Assembly (NCBI GenBank): GCA_943371235.1
Contig: CALRTZ010000003.1
Coordinates: 32,138-96,137 of the forward strand
DNA from: Sphingobacterium thalpophilum
GTDB taxonomy: Bacteria > Bacteroidota > Bacteroidia > Sphingobacteriales > Sphingobacteriaceae
Reading direction: 5' to 3'
Length of the DNA: 64,000 bases
Under the pieces are notes generated by a model. It searched no databases. It had not been told where the DNA came from and saw nothing but the letters and a program-made list of their open reading frames with translations. Positions within the stretch are counted from its first letter, which is position 1. Each line of letters opens with the position of its first letter. Shown piece after piece: positions 38,277 through 48,487 of the stretch. Made by a program: the position numbers and the translations under genes.

Positions 38277-38552
38277 TTAGTTGAGTATAATTTTTTCGTC
38301 TTTTACGTCGACTTTGGTTTTTACGCGGTATTTTTTGTACCACAATACTCCGAGTACTGCTACTAATAAATAAGGTGCAGCAAGTAAATATAAAATACCA
38401 TCGTTTAATCCTTTACCCGCATTACTTTGTCCGCCTTTAATAGACGACTCTACGGCAGCTTTACACATGGGGCATTGCGCTGCGGCATTAAAACTAATGC
38501 TCGTAAACAATACAATGCTCAATACAAAAATAATTTTTTTCAATGTTTTCAT
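38277..38552 (-). CDS. small membrane protein (signal peptide, CPMC motif, one C-terminal TM helix)
   Basis: 91 aa, inside the respiratory operon. No family recognised. Confidence 0.55.
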   Translation of the reverse strand: MKTLKKIIFVLSIVLFTSISFNAAAQCPMCKAAVESSIKGGQSNAGKGLNDGILYLLAAPYLLVAVLGVLWYKKYRVKTKVDVKDEKIILN

Positions 38553-38568
38553 CTTTATAAAATTTAGA

Positions 38569-39099
38569 TTAAAACGTATAGTATGGCGATATCATTAAAT
38601 ACACAATAACACCTGTAACAGTTACATACAACCAAATAGGGAATGCAAATTTTACCAACTTTCTGTGTTTCTCTACTTGCATTTGCAAGCCTCTATGGAA
38701 ACTCAATAATATTAATGGCAACACGCCTGCTGCTAAAATAATATGTGATATTAAAATGGTATAATACACATACCTCATTGCACCTGTGCCTCCGTAAGTA
38801 GTTTCTTTTACAAAATAATGAAACAAGATGTACGACACTAAAAACACCGACGATAATATAAACGTAAGGATGTTTAATTTTTTATGTGCCGAAATGTTTT
38901 TCTTTCTAATTTGATTTAGAGAAAGCAATAACAACAAACTGCATAAACCATTTATAAGTGCGTTTAATTTCGGCAAGAAAAAAACGAAACTTGGCGTTTC
39001 AATAGTTACAGGAATAATTTTGCGGTTTAAAATAACCACCACTAAAAAAACAAAAATGGATATTCCTGTTACGAATCTAAATATAAATCTGTCGGTCAT
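38569..39099 (-). CDS. DUF420 family membrane protein (cytochrome-oxidase-cluster associated)
   Basis: Five TM helices. The HRKLVKFAFPIWLYVTVTGVIVY motif is typical of DUF420. Confidence 0.75.
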   Translation of the reverse strand: MTDRFIFRFVTGISIFVFLVVVILNRKIIPVTIETPSFVFFLPKLNALINGLCSLLLLLSLNQIRKKNISAHKKLNILTFILSSVFLVSYILFHYFVKETTYGGTGAMRYVYYTILISHIILAAGVLPLILLSFHRGLQMQVEKHRKLVKFAFPIWLYVTVTGVIVYLMISPYYTF

Positions 39100-39103
39100 G
39101 TTA

Positions 39104-39190
39104 TAGTATTGAGTATCGAGTAGTGAGTATCGGGTAGTGAGATAGGTTGCCTAATCTCGATACTCGATACCATTTACTCGCTACTTGCGT
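39104..39190. repeat. 7-bp-period arrays in inverted orientation (gagtatc/gagtagt units) forming an imperfect hairpin
   Basis: The left arm gagtatcgagtagtgagtatcgggtagtgag faces ctcgatactcgatacc...tactcgctact. gagtatcgag pairs perfectly with ctcgatactc. Confidence 0.75.
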
Positions 39191-39273
39191 TTTTTATTTT
39201 CTCCTGATATTTCTACTTACTAATAAGTTAATTTATCAATAATATGTTTTAATTTCTCTTGCTTAATTTATCG

Positions 39274-39807
39274 TCAAATTTTTAAGTCGAAGCGGCCTTG
39301 CGTTATTACAACTTTTGAAGGATTAATACTAGTATTAATTGGTGAAACCTCAAACGTTCCAGATATAATACCATTAATCGTGTCTAATTTCAAAATTTCA
39401 ATAAAACCAACTGCATATGAATCTGGAGTTTCGTACATAGCTTCAGTCGTTAAATATATTGCCTTAATATTTTTGTTGAAATAATATTTACCTGGTTGAA
39501 AAATTTGACCATCTTTTGATTGTAAAAAAATAGAGCCCCAATAATTATTCCCCCCTCCCCTTTCGCATTCAATTGAAATTCCCCCATTCTTATAATTAGC
39601 TGAGTGACTCACCTTTGGAGTTGGATACCAAAACGCCCCATTCATTTTACACCCAAAAGTTCTCGCTCCTATGGAAGTAATAGCTGGTAACAAGGTGTCA
39701 GATTTATACTTAGGCTCAGGTAGTTTATAATTGCATGAATCTAAAGTGAAATTTAAGCACATTGCTACTACTATAATTGTTAATATGAATATACTTGCTT
39801 TGTTCAT
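39274..39807 (-). CDS. hypothetical lipoprotein, paralogous by C-terminal motif to 26797..27384
   Basis: Signal/lipobox-like N-terminus (..LDSC). C-terminal KLDTINGIISGTF...ITQGRFDLKI. Confidence 0.55.
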   Translation of the reverse strand: MNKASIFILTIIVVAMCLNFTLDSCNYKLPEPKYKSDTLLPAITSIGARTFGCKMNGAFWYPTPKVSHSANYKNGGISIECERGGGNNYWGSIFLQSKDGQIFQPGKYYFNKNIKAIYLTTEAMYETPDSYAVGFIEILKLDTINGIISGTFEVSPINTSINPSKVVITQGRFDLKI

Positions 39808-39860
39808 TTACGCATTTGCATAACTTGTCCCGATTTTTCGGGATTTACTCATTGGCACAT

Positions 39861-40532
39861 TTATTTTCTTTTTTTCTTTTCTCCTGCGATTTCTTCTTTC
39901 AACAACACTTTCAATTCGTCGATGAGTGTATCTACTGCACCTGCAGAGGTGCCATCATAAAAACCACGAATTCTGTTTTGTTGATCTACCAAAACAAAAA
40001 GTTCTGTATGTATAAAATCATCCGGACCACCGTCGCCTTGTAATGCGCTTACGAGGTAACCTTCTCTCGCGATTCTATACAGTTCTTTTTTATCACCGGT
40101 TAACAAATGCCATTTGTTTTTAATGGCACCGTATTCTTCTGCATATCTAAATAAAACAGGCACCGAATCTGCTTCGGGGTTTACGGTATGCGAAAGAATT
40201 ACAACGTTTTTTACGGTTTTAATTTTCTCTTGAACTCGCTTTAATTGGGAACTCATTTTAGGGCAAATTGTTTCGCAATCCACAAAAAAGAAGTCTACAA
40301 TTTTGATGTTTCCTTTTAATGTTTCTGAGCTAACAGTTTCGCCGTATTGGTTCGTAAATGAGAAATTGCCAGTGTTGTGGTACACGGTGTCTCCTGCTTC
40401 TTCATAGCGTTCACCATAAATTGGTAGTGGCTTAAAATGATTTGTTCCGGATCTGAGTAGAAAAAACCCAACAACCGGAACAATCAGTATGCAGAAGAGG
40501 ATAATTAATGTTTTTAGTCCTCTAGTATTCAT
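39861..40532 (-). CDS. SCO1/SenC copper chaperone
   Basis: Thioredoxin fold with a CxxxC copper site (DCETICP) plus a conserved His. One N-terminal TM anchor. Confidence 0.85.
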   Translation of the reverse strand: MNTRGLKTLIILFCILIVPVVGFFLLRSGTNHFKPLPIYGERYEEAGDTVYHNTGNFSFTNQYGETVSSETLKGNIKIVDFFFVDCETICPKMSSQLKRVQEKIKTVKNVVILSHTVNPEADSVPVLFRYAEEYGAIKNKWHLLTGDKKELYRIAREGYLVSALQGDGGPDDFIHTELFVLVDQQNRIRGFYDGTSAGAVDTLIDELKVLLKEEIAGEKKKRK

Positions 40533-40541
40533 AATATTTAT

Positions 40542-40883
40542 TTATAGACGAATATTCATCCAATAGTTTCCTTCGTACAACATCCAAATCACAAAAAAGA
40601 TGATAAAAGTAGTAGGTACAAGAATTGAGTATATTAATCCTACTTTTTCAAATTTCAAGTGCATGAAATATGCTACAATGTAAAATGCTTTTAATAATGT
40701 TAAGGCGATGTATAAAACATTACCTAAACCCTGACCCATTATTCCTTTTGGTATAAATACCAAGGCAATAATAAATTCGATGGTAGTAATGCCTAGTAAA
40801 ATCCAGAACACCGACCAGATTTTTTTCTTCGTCATGCTTGCGTGCTCTTCGTGATGTGCTGCTGCGCTATGGTTGTCTGACAT
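40542..40883 (-). CDS. cytochrome c oxidase subunit IV-like small membrane protein
   Basis: 113 aa, three TM helices, positioned after the subunit III genes. Confidence 0.7.
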   Translation of the reverse strand: MSDNHSAAAHHEEHASMTKKKIWSVFWILLGITTIEFIIALVFIPKGIMGQGLGNVLYIALTLLKAFYIVAYFMHLKFEKVGLIYSILVPTTFIIFFVIWMLYEGNYWMNIRL

Positions 40884-40888
40884 AATTT

Positions 40889-40915
40889 TAAATTGTGAAT
40901 TGTGAATTGTAAATG
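40889..40915. repeat. gaattgt-family array in the subunit III / subunit IV intercistronic spacer
   Basis: aaattgtgaattgtgaattgtaaatgg, 5 nt upstream of the subunit IV start. Confidence 0.85.
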
Positions 40916-40920
40916 GTTAA

Positions 40921-41604
40921 TTAAACTAGGTAGAAGAAGGTAAATACGAATACCCAAACTAAATCTACAAAGTGCCAGTATAAACCAACTTTCTCGATCA
41001 TATCATAATGTCCGCGGCGCTCGTAAGTACCACCTAATACATTTATTAATATGATGATGTTGATGACCACACCAGAGAACACGTGAAAACCGTGGAAACC
41101 AGTAATGGTAAAGAACAAGTTAGTAAAGTTAGTAGAGGCTACTGTACCATCTGCGTTTAAGAACGGATTTCTACCCCACCAAGCACCTTCGTGGTGTAAG
41201 TGAGTCCATTCCCAAGCTTGGCAACCTAAGAACAATAAACCACCAATTACGGTCCATACCATCCATTTTGCTACTTCCGCTTTTGCTTTACGATGGCCAG
41301 CTTCTACAGCTAATACCATGGTTACAGAGCTCATGATCAAAATGAAGGTCATGATACCTACGAACACCAAGGGTGCACCGTGTGCAATACCTGGAGCCGA
41401 TTGAAATACTACGTCTGGATCTGGCCAAGAAGTGCTACTGAAGCGTAATGCTCCGTAAGCAATTAGCAAGGCAGAAAATGTGAATGCATCCGAAAGGAGG
41501 AAGAACCACATCATCATTTTTCCATACTCTACATTGAAAGGTGATCTACCACCATTCCAAGGGGTCGATTTGATCTCGTCTAATTGAGAAGTGTTCGTCG
41601 TCAT
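40921..41604 (-). CDS. cytochrome c oxidase subunit III
   Basis: Heme-copper oxidase subunit III pattern (FFTITGFHGFHVFSGV, WHFVDLVWVF). Confidence 0.9.
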   Translation of the reverse strand: MTTNTSQLDEIKSTPWNGGRSPFNVEYGKMMMWFFLLSDAFTFSALLIAYGALRFSSTSWPDPDVVFQSAPGIAHGAPLVFVGIMTFILIMSSVTMVLAVEAGHRKAKAEVAKWMVWTVIGGLLFLGCQAWEWTHLHHEGAWWGRNPFLNADGTVASTNFTNLFFTITGFHGFHVFSGVVINIIILINVLGGTYERRGHYDMIEKVGLYWHFVDLVWVFVFTFFYLV

Positions 41605-41616
41605 GTTGTATATAGA

Positions 41617-42189
41617 CTATCTATTAATTAATAAAAACACAAACAAATATATCCACAAAATATCAATAAAATGCCAAAAAATAGAAGTTAATTCCATTCG
41701 GAATATGTTCTTTACTTGGTTAATTTTACGATAGGCGCCAATAATAGCAGCTAGCATAATGCATAAACCTGCCACAATGTGTGCACCGTGTAGACCTGAT
41801 ATTACATACACAAAAGATTCGGCTGGGTTGCCCACGAAAAACACTTTATCAGCTACCATTTCTTGCCAGCCAAAATACTGACTCACTAAAAATAGTCCTC
41901 CTAATAAAAATGTAATCCATAAGCCCAACTTCTGTTTTGCGATGTTGAATTTTTTAGCTTGAATGTATGAGTAGTGCATGGTTGCGCTACTTAATAAAAT
42001 TAGCACTGTACTGATGTAAAAGATAGCAGGCAAATCAAAAATCTTCCAATTACCTTCTGCCTGACGAACAATGTATGCACTTGTTAATCCGGCGAACATC
42101 ATTATAGAGCTCAGTACAAATAACCAAAGCACGAACTTTACAGGGCGTGGGTTAAATTTATCTTGTTCTATACTCATTGAATTGAACAT
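41617..42189 (-). CDS. cytochrome c oxidase subunit III family protein (second, shorter paralogue)
   Basis: ISGLHGAHIVAG and FWHFIDILWIYLF motifs. Confidence 0.8.
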   Translation of the reverse strand: MFNSMSIEQDKFNPRPVKFVLWLFVLSSIMMFAGLTSAYIVRQAEGNWKIFDLPAIFYISTVLILLSSATMHYSYIQAKKFNIAKQKLGLWITFLLGGLFLVSQYFGWQEMVADKVFFVGNPAESFVYVISGLHGAHIVAGLCIMLAAIIGAYRKINQVKNIFRMELTSIFWHFIDILWIYLFVFLLINR

Positions 42190-42193
42190 GTTA

Positions 42194-43084
42194 TTATAAT
42201 TTATCTATTAATAATGTTATTTGAACGATTGGTAAGTATAAGAACGAACCAAACATTAATTCTTTGGCAGCTTTTACGCTGCATTGTCGGTATAATTTTA
42301 CCGATTGCATAAAGAAAACGAAACCAGCTATTAATGATACGATGGCTAAGGTATTTCCGGCCATGCCAAATTTTAATGGCAACAAGCTTACCGGAATTAA
42401 GATTAGTGTATATAACATTATTTGAAAAGCGCTGCTTTTCGATCTTCCTTCTGAAGATGGCATTAAATACATTCCTGCTCTTTTATAATCTTCATCTAAC
42501 ACCCAAGCTACTGCCCAGAAATGTGGGAACTGCCAAATAAACTGAATGGCAAACATAATACCCGGTTCGAATCCGAATGAATTTGAATACGCAACGTACC
42601 CTAACAAAGGTGGCATTGCACCGGCTATGGCTCCAACAAATACTGCAATAGAGCTACGAGTTTTTAAAGGTGTATAAATAAATGCGTAGCAAATGATTGA
42701 AAACAATGCTAACACACCTGTAATAATGTTGAATGAAAATGTTAAAATTGAAATACCTGCAAGCCCCATTACTAGGGATGCGATGATGCCTTCTGTTGCG
42801 CTCATGCGCATAGTAGGCATTGGCCTATTTTGCGTGCGCTTCATTAATTTATCGGTTTCTTTTTCTATTACTTGGTTAAACCCATTTGCAGAAGCGGTGG
42901 TTAAAAATCCTCCTAATATCATCAACCATAATTCGCTCCACACTAAGTTTCCTTTGGCTGCGTAAGCGAAAGTAATAGCCGCAGAAAATACCACCAACAT
43001 GGTTAGGCGCAATTTTAGCAATTGCACATAATCCTGAATTTTCAGTGTTAGTGTTGATTTCGTATGTAAGTTTTCTGCAATCAC
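42194..43084 (-). CDS. cyoE: protoheme IX farnesyltransferase (heme O synthase)
   Basis: UbiA-family motifs (NQVIEKETDKLMKRTQNRP) and nine TM helices. Confidence 0.92.
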   Translation of the reverse strand: MIAENLHTKSTLTLKIQDYVQLLKLRLTMLVVFSAAITFAYAAKGNLVWSELWLMILGGFLTTASANGFNQVIEKETDKLMKRTQNRPMPTMRMSATEGIIASLVMGLAGISILTFSFNIITGVLALFSIICYAFIYTPLKTRSSIAVFVGAIAGAMPPLLGYVAYSNSFGFEPGIMFAIQFIWQFPHFWAVAWVLDEDYKRAGMYLMPSSEGRSKSSAFQIMLYTLILIPVSLLPLKFGMAGNTLAIVSLIAGFVFFMQSVKLYRQCSVKAAKELMFGSFLYLPIVQITLLIDKL

Positions 43085-43086
43085 AA

Positions 43087-44187
43087 TTAACTAATTAAAT
43101 CGAGTGCTATGTTTCTTTTGTAAATATTGATCATAATGATTTGCATCACCAGTGCTCCAACTAATAAAGTAGAAAGCAGTAAGTGTACAGGTTGTAAAGC
43201 CTGTGGCAAAGCAAAATTTGCTAATATAATTCCTGTTGCTATTTGTGTAATTAAAATTAAAATAGCGGCCGATGAAAATCTACGTAATCTTTTAATGGCT
43301 CCAAAGTATATGCGTATGTACCAAGTAGAGTAAACAGCTAATAATACTAAGAGTATAGAAAAACTTCTGTGTAGTTTGTAAATAAAACCAGTTAGTTCTA
43401 CCCATGCTCCTCTGTTGGTTCCTTTCCAAAAATCGGCATAAACATCTATGCTTTCTCTTAAGTCGGTTCCCAAAACAATTTGTAATACAGTAAGCGCAAT
43501 GCTTATCCATGTTACCATGGAGGCTACTCTTAAATTAGGGATGGATACTTTTACAGGTTCTAGGTATTTGTATTTTACGATACTATAAGTAAATATTACC
43601 AATCCTAAAATCACAATTGCCAACACCATGTGTACGGTAATGGTCCATGCTAATAAATTTGTAGTTACTACTATACTTCCAAACCAAGCTTGAAAAAGGG
43701 TGAGTACCAAAATCACGATACAGAGTAAAAATACGCGGAGGTGTTGTTTCATCAATGGTATTGAAAAAAGCAACATCAACAACATAAAGAAACCGGTTAT
43801 GGCTCCAATTAATCTGTTTATGTATTCTGTGTAGGTATTCGCCACATTAAACTCTTCGGTTGCCTTAATGCTAGCATCGTTTCGAAGTGCATTAGCGGTT
43901 TCCGTATCGCCTAATTTTTCTAACAAGTTTGCGAAGCGCTCATTTTTATGTAGTCTCTTCTCGAGGTATTGTTCGCGATAATTTTCTGGGAGCTGAGAAA
44001 CCTCAGTTGGTGGCACCCATTGATCGAAACACTTCGGCCAATCTGGGCAACCCATCCCCGAACCAGTACTGCGAACAATACCGCCGGCAAGAATTAAAAG
44101 AAACAAAGAACAAATTGTTATAAAACTGATTCTTATGAATCGTTTTTCATTTTTATTATACTCCGATCGATATGAACTAATATTCAT
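43087..44187 (-). CDS. ctaA: COX15/CtaA-family heme A synthase
   Basis: Eight TM helices with conserved His pairs (HMVLA, HLLLS) and an N-terminal periplasmic GCPDWPKC motif. Confidence 0.85.
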   Translation of the reverse strand: MNISSYRSEYNKNEKRFIRISFITICSLFLLILAGGIVRSTGSGMGCPDWPKCFDQWVPPTEVSQLPENYREQYLEKRLHKNERFANLLEKLGDTETANALRNDASIKATEEFNVANTYTEYINRLIGAITGFFMLLMLLFSIPLMKQHLRVFLLCIVILVLTLFQAWFGSIVVTTNLLAWTITVHMVLAIVILGLVIFTYSIVKYKYLEPVKVSIPNLRVASMVTWISIALTVLQIVLGTDLRESIDVYADFWKGTNRGAWVELTGFIYKLHRSFSILLVLLAVYSTWYIRIYFGAIKRLRRFSSAAILILITQIATGIILANFALPQALQPVHLLLSTLLVGALVMQIIMINIYKRNIALDLIS

Positions 44188-44197
44188 CGATCGAAAA

Positions 44198-46060
44198 TTA
44201 ATTTACTTTTTCTTCAGCTGCTTTTTTCGCATCCGAGTCATCATGAATACCAAAATCCATTGGTAAGTTTGATGAGATGGTTTGCGAGTAAGGAGTTGTT
44301 TGAGGGATAAAATCCTCTTCTGCTCCTGGCTTACTGTAATCATACGGCCATCTGTATACTGATGGAATTTCTCCTGGCCAGTTTCCGTGTAAATGTTCTA
44401 CTGGAGCTGTCCACTCTAATGTATTCGATCTCCAAGGATTTTGCGGCGATTTTTCTCCTTTGAAAATACTTCTGAAGAAGTTGTACAAGAAGATAAACTG
44501 AGCAATAGATCCTAAGATTGCTGAGATACTGATGAATTTGTTTACTGCTAACCACTCGTTCATAAACTCGAAGCTTGTAAATGCATAGTATCTACGTGGT
44601 ACACCATCTAAACCGATGAAGTGCATTGGGAAGAATACGCAATAAACTGCGATGAATGTTAACCAGAAGTGGAAATACCCTAAACGTGCATCCATCATAC
44701 GTCCGAACATTTTTGGATACCAGTGGTAAATACCGGCAAACATTCCGAACATCGCCGAACTTCCCATTACAATATGGAAATGGGCAACTACGAAATACGT
44801 ATCGTGTAAGTTAATATCTAACGATGCATTACCTAAGAAGATACCTGTTAAACCACCTGTGATGAACAATGATACTAGACCAATTGAGAACATCATGGCT
44901 GGAGTAAACTGGATATTACCTTTCCAAAGTGTTGCTAAATAATTAAATGTTTTTACTGCTGATGGTACCGCGATGATAAGAGTGGTAAACATAAACACCG
45001 AACCTAAGAATGGATTCATACCGGTTACAAACATATGGTGACCCCATACGATGAACGATAAGAATGCGATACCAATTAAAGAGATGATCATGGCACGGTA
45101 ACCGAAAATTGGTTTACGTGCATTTGTTGCGATGATCTCTGAAGTGATACCCAATGCTGGCATGATGATGATGTATACCTCTGGGTGACCTAAGAACCAG
45201 AATAAATGCTGGAACAATACAGGCGAACCTCCGTGGTTTGGCAAGGCTTCTCCTCCAATATAAATATCAGATAAGTAGAAACTGGTACCGAAACTTCTAT
45301 CAAAAATTAATAATAATACACCTGCTAATAATACTGGGAATGATAATACACCCAATACTGCGGTTAAGAAAAATGCCCAAATGGTTAATGGCATTTTAGT
45401 CATCGACATGCCTTTCGTACGCATGTTTAATACCGTACTGATGTAGTTGATACCACCCATTAAAGAGGAGGCAACGAATAAACTCATGGATACTAACCAG
45501 AGCGTCATACCAAGGCCTGAGCCTGGCATCGCTTTCGGTATTGCCGATAGTGGAGGATAGATTGTCCAACCACCAGATGCAGGACCCGTTTCAACCATTA
45601 ATGAAATTGTCATTACCACACTAGCCATAAAGAAGAACCAGTATGATAACATGTTTAAGAATGGCGAAGCCATGTCTCTTGCACCTACTTGCAATGGAAT
45701 TAAGAGGTTACTAAACGTACCGCTTAAGCCGGCAGTTAATACAAAGAATACCATAATGGTACCGTGTATGGTAACCATCGACATATAGAACGAAGGGTCT
45801 ATACGTCCGTCTTTCGCCCATTTACCTAAAATTCTTTCTAAGAATGGAAACGATTCATCGGGCCATCCTAATTGAATACGAAACAATACAGATAGTACCA
45901 TTCCAATAATTGCCATGATAATACCTGTAATCAGGAATTGCTTAGCAATCATCTTGTGGTCCATACTGAAAACGTACTTCGACCAGAACGTCTCAGGATG
46001 ATGTTCGTGGTGATCTGCATGTGCATGCACGTCAGTGTGGTCTAAAGCTTGAGTTGACAT
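44198..46060 (-). CDS. ctaD: cytochrome c oxidase subunit I
   Basis: GHPEVYIIIMP, WGHHMF and HFHIVMG heme/CuB ligand motifs. 620 aa. Confidence 0.97.
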   Translation of the reverse strand: MSTQALDHTDVHAHADHHEHHPETFWSKYVFSMDHKMIAKQFLITGIIMAIIGMVLSVLFRIQLGWPDESFPFLERILGKWAKDGRIDPSFYMSMVTIHGTIMVFFVLTAGLSGTFSNLLIPLQVGARDMASPFLNMLSYWFFFMASVVMTISLMVETGPASGGWTIYPPLSAIPKAMPGSGLGMTLWLVSMSLFVASSLMGGINYISTVLNMRTKGMSMTKMPLTIWAFFLTAVLGVLSFPVLLAGVLLLIFDRSFGTSFYLSDIYIGGEALPNHGGSPVLFQHLFWFLGHPEVYIIIMPALGITSEIIATNARKPIFGYRAMIISLIGIAFLSFIVWGHHMFVTGMNPFLGSVFMFTTLIIAVPSAVKTFNYLATLWKGNIQFTPAMMFSIGLVSLFITGGLTGIFLGNASLDINLHDTYFVVAHFHIVMGSSAMFGMFAGIYHWYPKMFGRMMDARLGYFHFWLTFIAVYCVFFPMHFIGLDGVPRRYYAFTSFEFMNEWLAVNKFISISAILGSIAQFIFLYNFFRSIFKGEKSPQNPWRSNTLEWTAPVEHLHGNWPGEIPSVYRWPYDYSKPGAEEDFIPQTTPYSQTISSNLPMDFGIHDDSDAKKAAEEKVN

Positions 46061-46084
46061 ATATTTCTAAACTTTTTTTTCTAA

Positions 46085-47248
46085 TTAATTCAATGCTAAT
46101 TTTCTTGCTTCTTCGGCTTTCATTCTAGCCACTTCAGCTTCTGTAATTTGCTTAGCAATGTCTTCCGTGTAATATGGCTTTTGTGTTGCTAACCATTCTT
46201 TGTATTCTTTTTCTTCTACTACTACAATTTTCATTTGCATGTTGTAGTGTGCAGATCCACAAATTTTAGCACATAATAAAATGTAATCAAATTTAGGATC
46301 GCTAATTTTCTCACGCATTTGAGCTGTAGTTAAACGTGGAGTAAACCAAAAGAATGTTGGCATACCTGGTACGCAGTTCATTTGTGCGCGGAAGTGTGGC
46401 ATGTATGCAGAGTGTATAACATCTCTTGCACCAAAAATAAAGGATACAGGTTTGTTAACTGGCAAGTAAATTTCGCGAGTAAAGTAATCGTCTTTTGCAG
46501 ATGCATCGTTAAAGTTTACACCTGTTTCGTTTACATCGTTTACTAATTTAAATGCTTTTGTACCTAACTTTTTATCTTCACCTGGGTAACGAACAATCCA
46601 ACCGAATTGTTTAGCAGTAACGTCTAATGTTAAGGCTTCAACCGGTGCTGGTTTTGTAATGTTTGTCCATGTTTTCCAACCTCCAATAACTAATACTGCT
46701 AATACTATTGCCGGAATTAAGGTCCAGTATAATTCTAACTTATCATTATGTGGGTAGAAAAATGCTTTACGCTCTCCAGTACTTTTGTATTTGTAAGAGA
46801 AGTAGAACAATAAAATATGCGTAATCACAAACACAATACCTGTAACAATAAGAGTAATGTTAAACAAGTTATCGGTTAACACACCGTGCTCAGATGCTGC
46901 TTCTGGCAAAAGCTGACGACCGTGTGTATTGAACTCCCAAAAAATAGCAGCGAAGAATGCGATACCGAATAATAAAAAAACGTATCCGTTTACTTTATTC
47001 CATTTGGTTCTTACTTCTTTACCATTTAATGTTTGCGTTAATTCTAATGCTTTTATTGTTTTGTTGATTACACTGAATACAAGTATACCAGCAACTAACA
47101 ACAATGAATAAAACCAAAAATCAATGCTCAGTTCTTTCGGACCTTCAGAATCTTGAGCAAAGGCAGTGCTTGTACTAAGCGTAATAACTGCGAATGCTAA
47201 AAGTGCTTTAAGGTTCGATTTCATTTTTGATATTATAGAGTATTTCAT
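46085..47248 (-). CDS. ctaC: cytochrome c oxidase subunit II (no fused cytochrome c domain)
   Basis: CuA site H...CAKICGSAHYNM. Signal peptide plus two TM helices. No CxxCH motif. Confidence 0.9.
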   Translation of the reverse strand: MKYSIISKMKSNLKALLAFAVITLSTSTAFAQDSEGPKELSIDFWFYSLLLVAGILVFSVINKTIKALELTQTLNGKEVRTKWNKVNGYVFLLFGIAFFAAIFWEFNTHGRQLLPEAASEHGVLTDNLFNITLIVTGIVFVITHILLFYFSYKYKSTGERKAFFYPHNDKLELYWTLIPAIVLAVLVIGGWKTWTNITKPAPVEALTLDVTAKQFGWIVRYPGEDKKLGTKAFKLVNDVNETGVNFNDASAKDDYFTREIYLPVNKPVSFIFGARDVIHSAYMPHFRAQMNCVPGMPTFFWFTPRLTTAQMREKISDPKFDYILLCAKICGSAHYNMQMKIVVVEEKEYKEWLATQKPYYTEDIAKQITEAEVARMKAEEARKLALN

Positions 47249-47260
47249 AAAATAATTTTC

Positions 47261-48469
47261 TTATATCTCGTGATGTAAACTTTCTTCTAAGTAAGGGTGG
47301 TTCTTAGGAACTAATGCTGCCTTGCTAAGTGCAGATAACATAATCCACATAAATAAACCTATAAATCCTGCAGTAGTACCGAACTCAATAATTCCGAAAC
47401 CGAAGTGTTCACCCACTGTACCTGGCATAATCATCATGTAATAATCTAACCAATGGCCCGCAAGAATTACGATGGTAACAATTTTCATTGTTTTGAAATT
47501 ACGTTTTGCATCACGTGTCATTAATATTAACACCGGTGCTACGAAATTGATGATGATGTTTAACCAGAAGAAAAACAAATAACCATTATCCCATCTTTTT
47601 CTGAAGTAGACTGTTTCTTCTGGTAAGTTAGCGTAGTAAATCAATAAGAATTGAGAGAACCAAACGTATGTCCAGAAGATAGAGAATGCAAATATAAATT
47701 TACCTAAATCGTGTAAGTGCGAATCGTTCACCCATTGGAAGTATCCTTTTTCGCGAAGTAAAATTAAGGTTAAAGTAATTGCTGATAATCCGCTTACCCA
47801 AAGTGCTGCAAAGTTATACCAAGCAAACATGGTAGAGAACCAATGTGCTTCTAAACTCATAATTACTTCGAATGCAAATACTGCAGAACTAAATCCGAAT
47901 ATTACTAAGAAAATTGCTGAGAATTTAATGCTCTTATCGTGCATTTTTATTCCAGAAATTTGATCTTCTTTTAAAGAGTAACTACGTAACATTCTTTGGA
48001 AGATAGTCCATATTACTAAAAAGCCGATGATGCTACCTACAAAGGTAGGGATGTTTAACAAAGCACTTTTTCCTGCAATTAGTTTATCGTATTTTGGTGA
48101 GTCTGGATTTACTAAATCTGGATCTGCCCAATGGTGGTATAAGTTATGGGTATATAAACCTGCAACTATTACAACTACTAAAATTCCGCCTGCCCAAGGT
48201 AATACTGCTGAGAAAGCAGAAGGGATGCGAATTAAGGAAGTAGACCAACCTGCGTTTGCTACGTATTGAATTGCTACGAAGAACAATCCTGCTACACACA
48301 AACCTGTGATGTAGTAACTGTTTAGTAACAAATTCGCAAATGTGCGTTCTGCGTGTCCTGAGAGAAATCCATATCCTACAGACAATATTCCTATTGCCAA
48401 TAGAATCATCGCCCAGCGTTTAGCGCCGGCTGATATTTCATATTTCTGATTTAAATCGAAGTTTGCCAT
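47261..48469 (-). CDS. actF: Alternative Complex III subunit ActF (NrfD-like membrane subunit 2)
   Basis: Polytopic membrane protein following actE, matching the position and size of ActF in actABCDEF clusters. Confidence 0.8.
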   Translation of the reverse strand: MANFDLNQKYEISAGAKRWAMILLAIGILSVGYGFLSGHAERTFANLLLNSYYITGLCVAGLFFVAIQYVANAGWSTSLIRIPSAFSAVLPWAGGILVVVIVAGLYTHNLYHHWADPDLVNPDSPKYDKLIAGKSALLNIPTFVGSIIGFLVIWTIFQRMLRSYSLKEDQISGIKMHDKSIKFSAIFLVIFGFSSAVFAFEVIMSLEAHWFSTMFAWYNFAALWVSGLSAITLTLILLREKGYFQWVNDSHLHDLGKFIFAFSIFWTYVWFSQFLLIYYANLPEETVYFRKRWDNGYLFFFWLNIIINFVAPVLILMTRDAKRNFKTMKIVTIVILAGHWLDYYMMIMPGTVGEHFGFGIIEFGTTAGFIGLFMWIMLSALSKAALVPKNHPYLEESLHHEI

Positions 48470-48487
48470 TATGATCTGCTTTCTTGA

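Noticed and set aside
38206-38343. N-terminal extension of the DUF983 ORF; a similar extension at 56645..56737 on the DHS-like ORF
   Set aside because: Both extensions translate the gaattgt arrays (QFTIHNSQFTIH) and, at 38277-38343, overlap the neighbouring 91-aa gene. Internal ATGs give N-termini that look like the native families.
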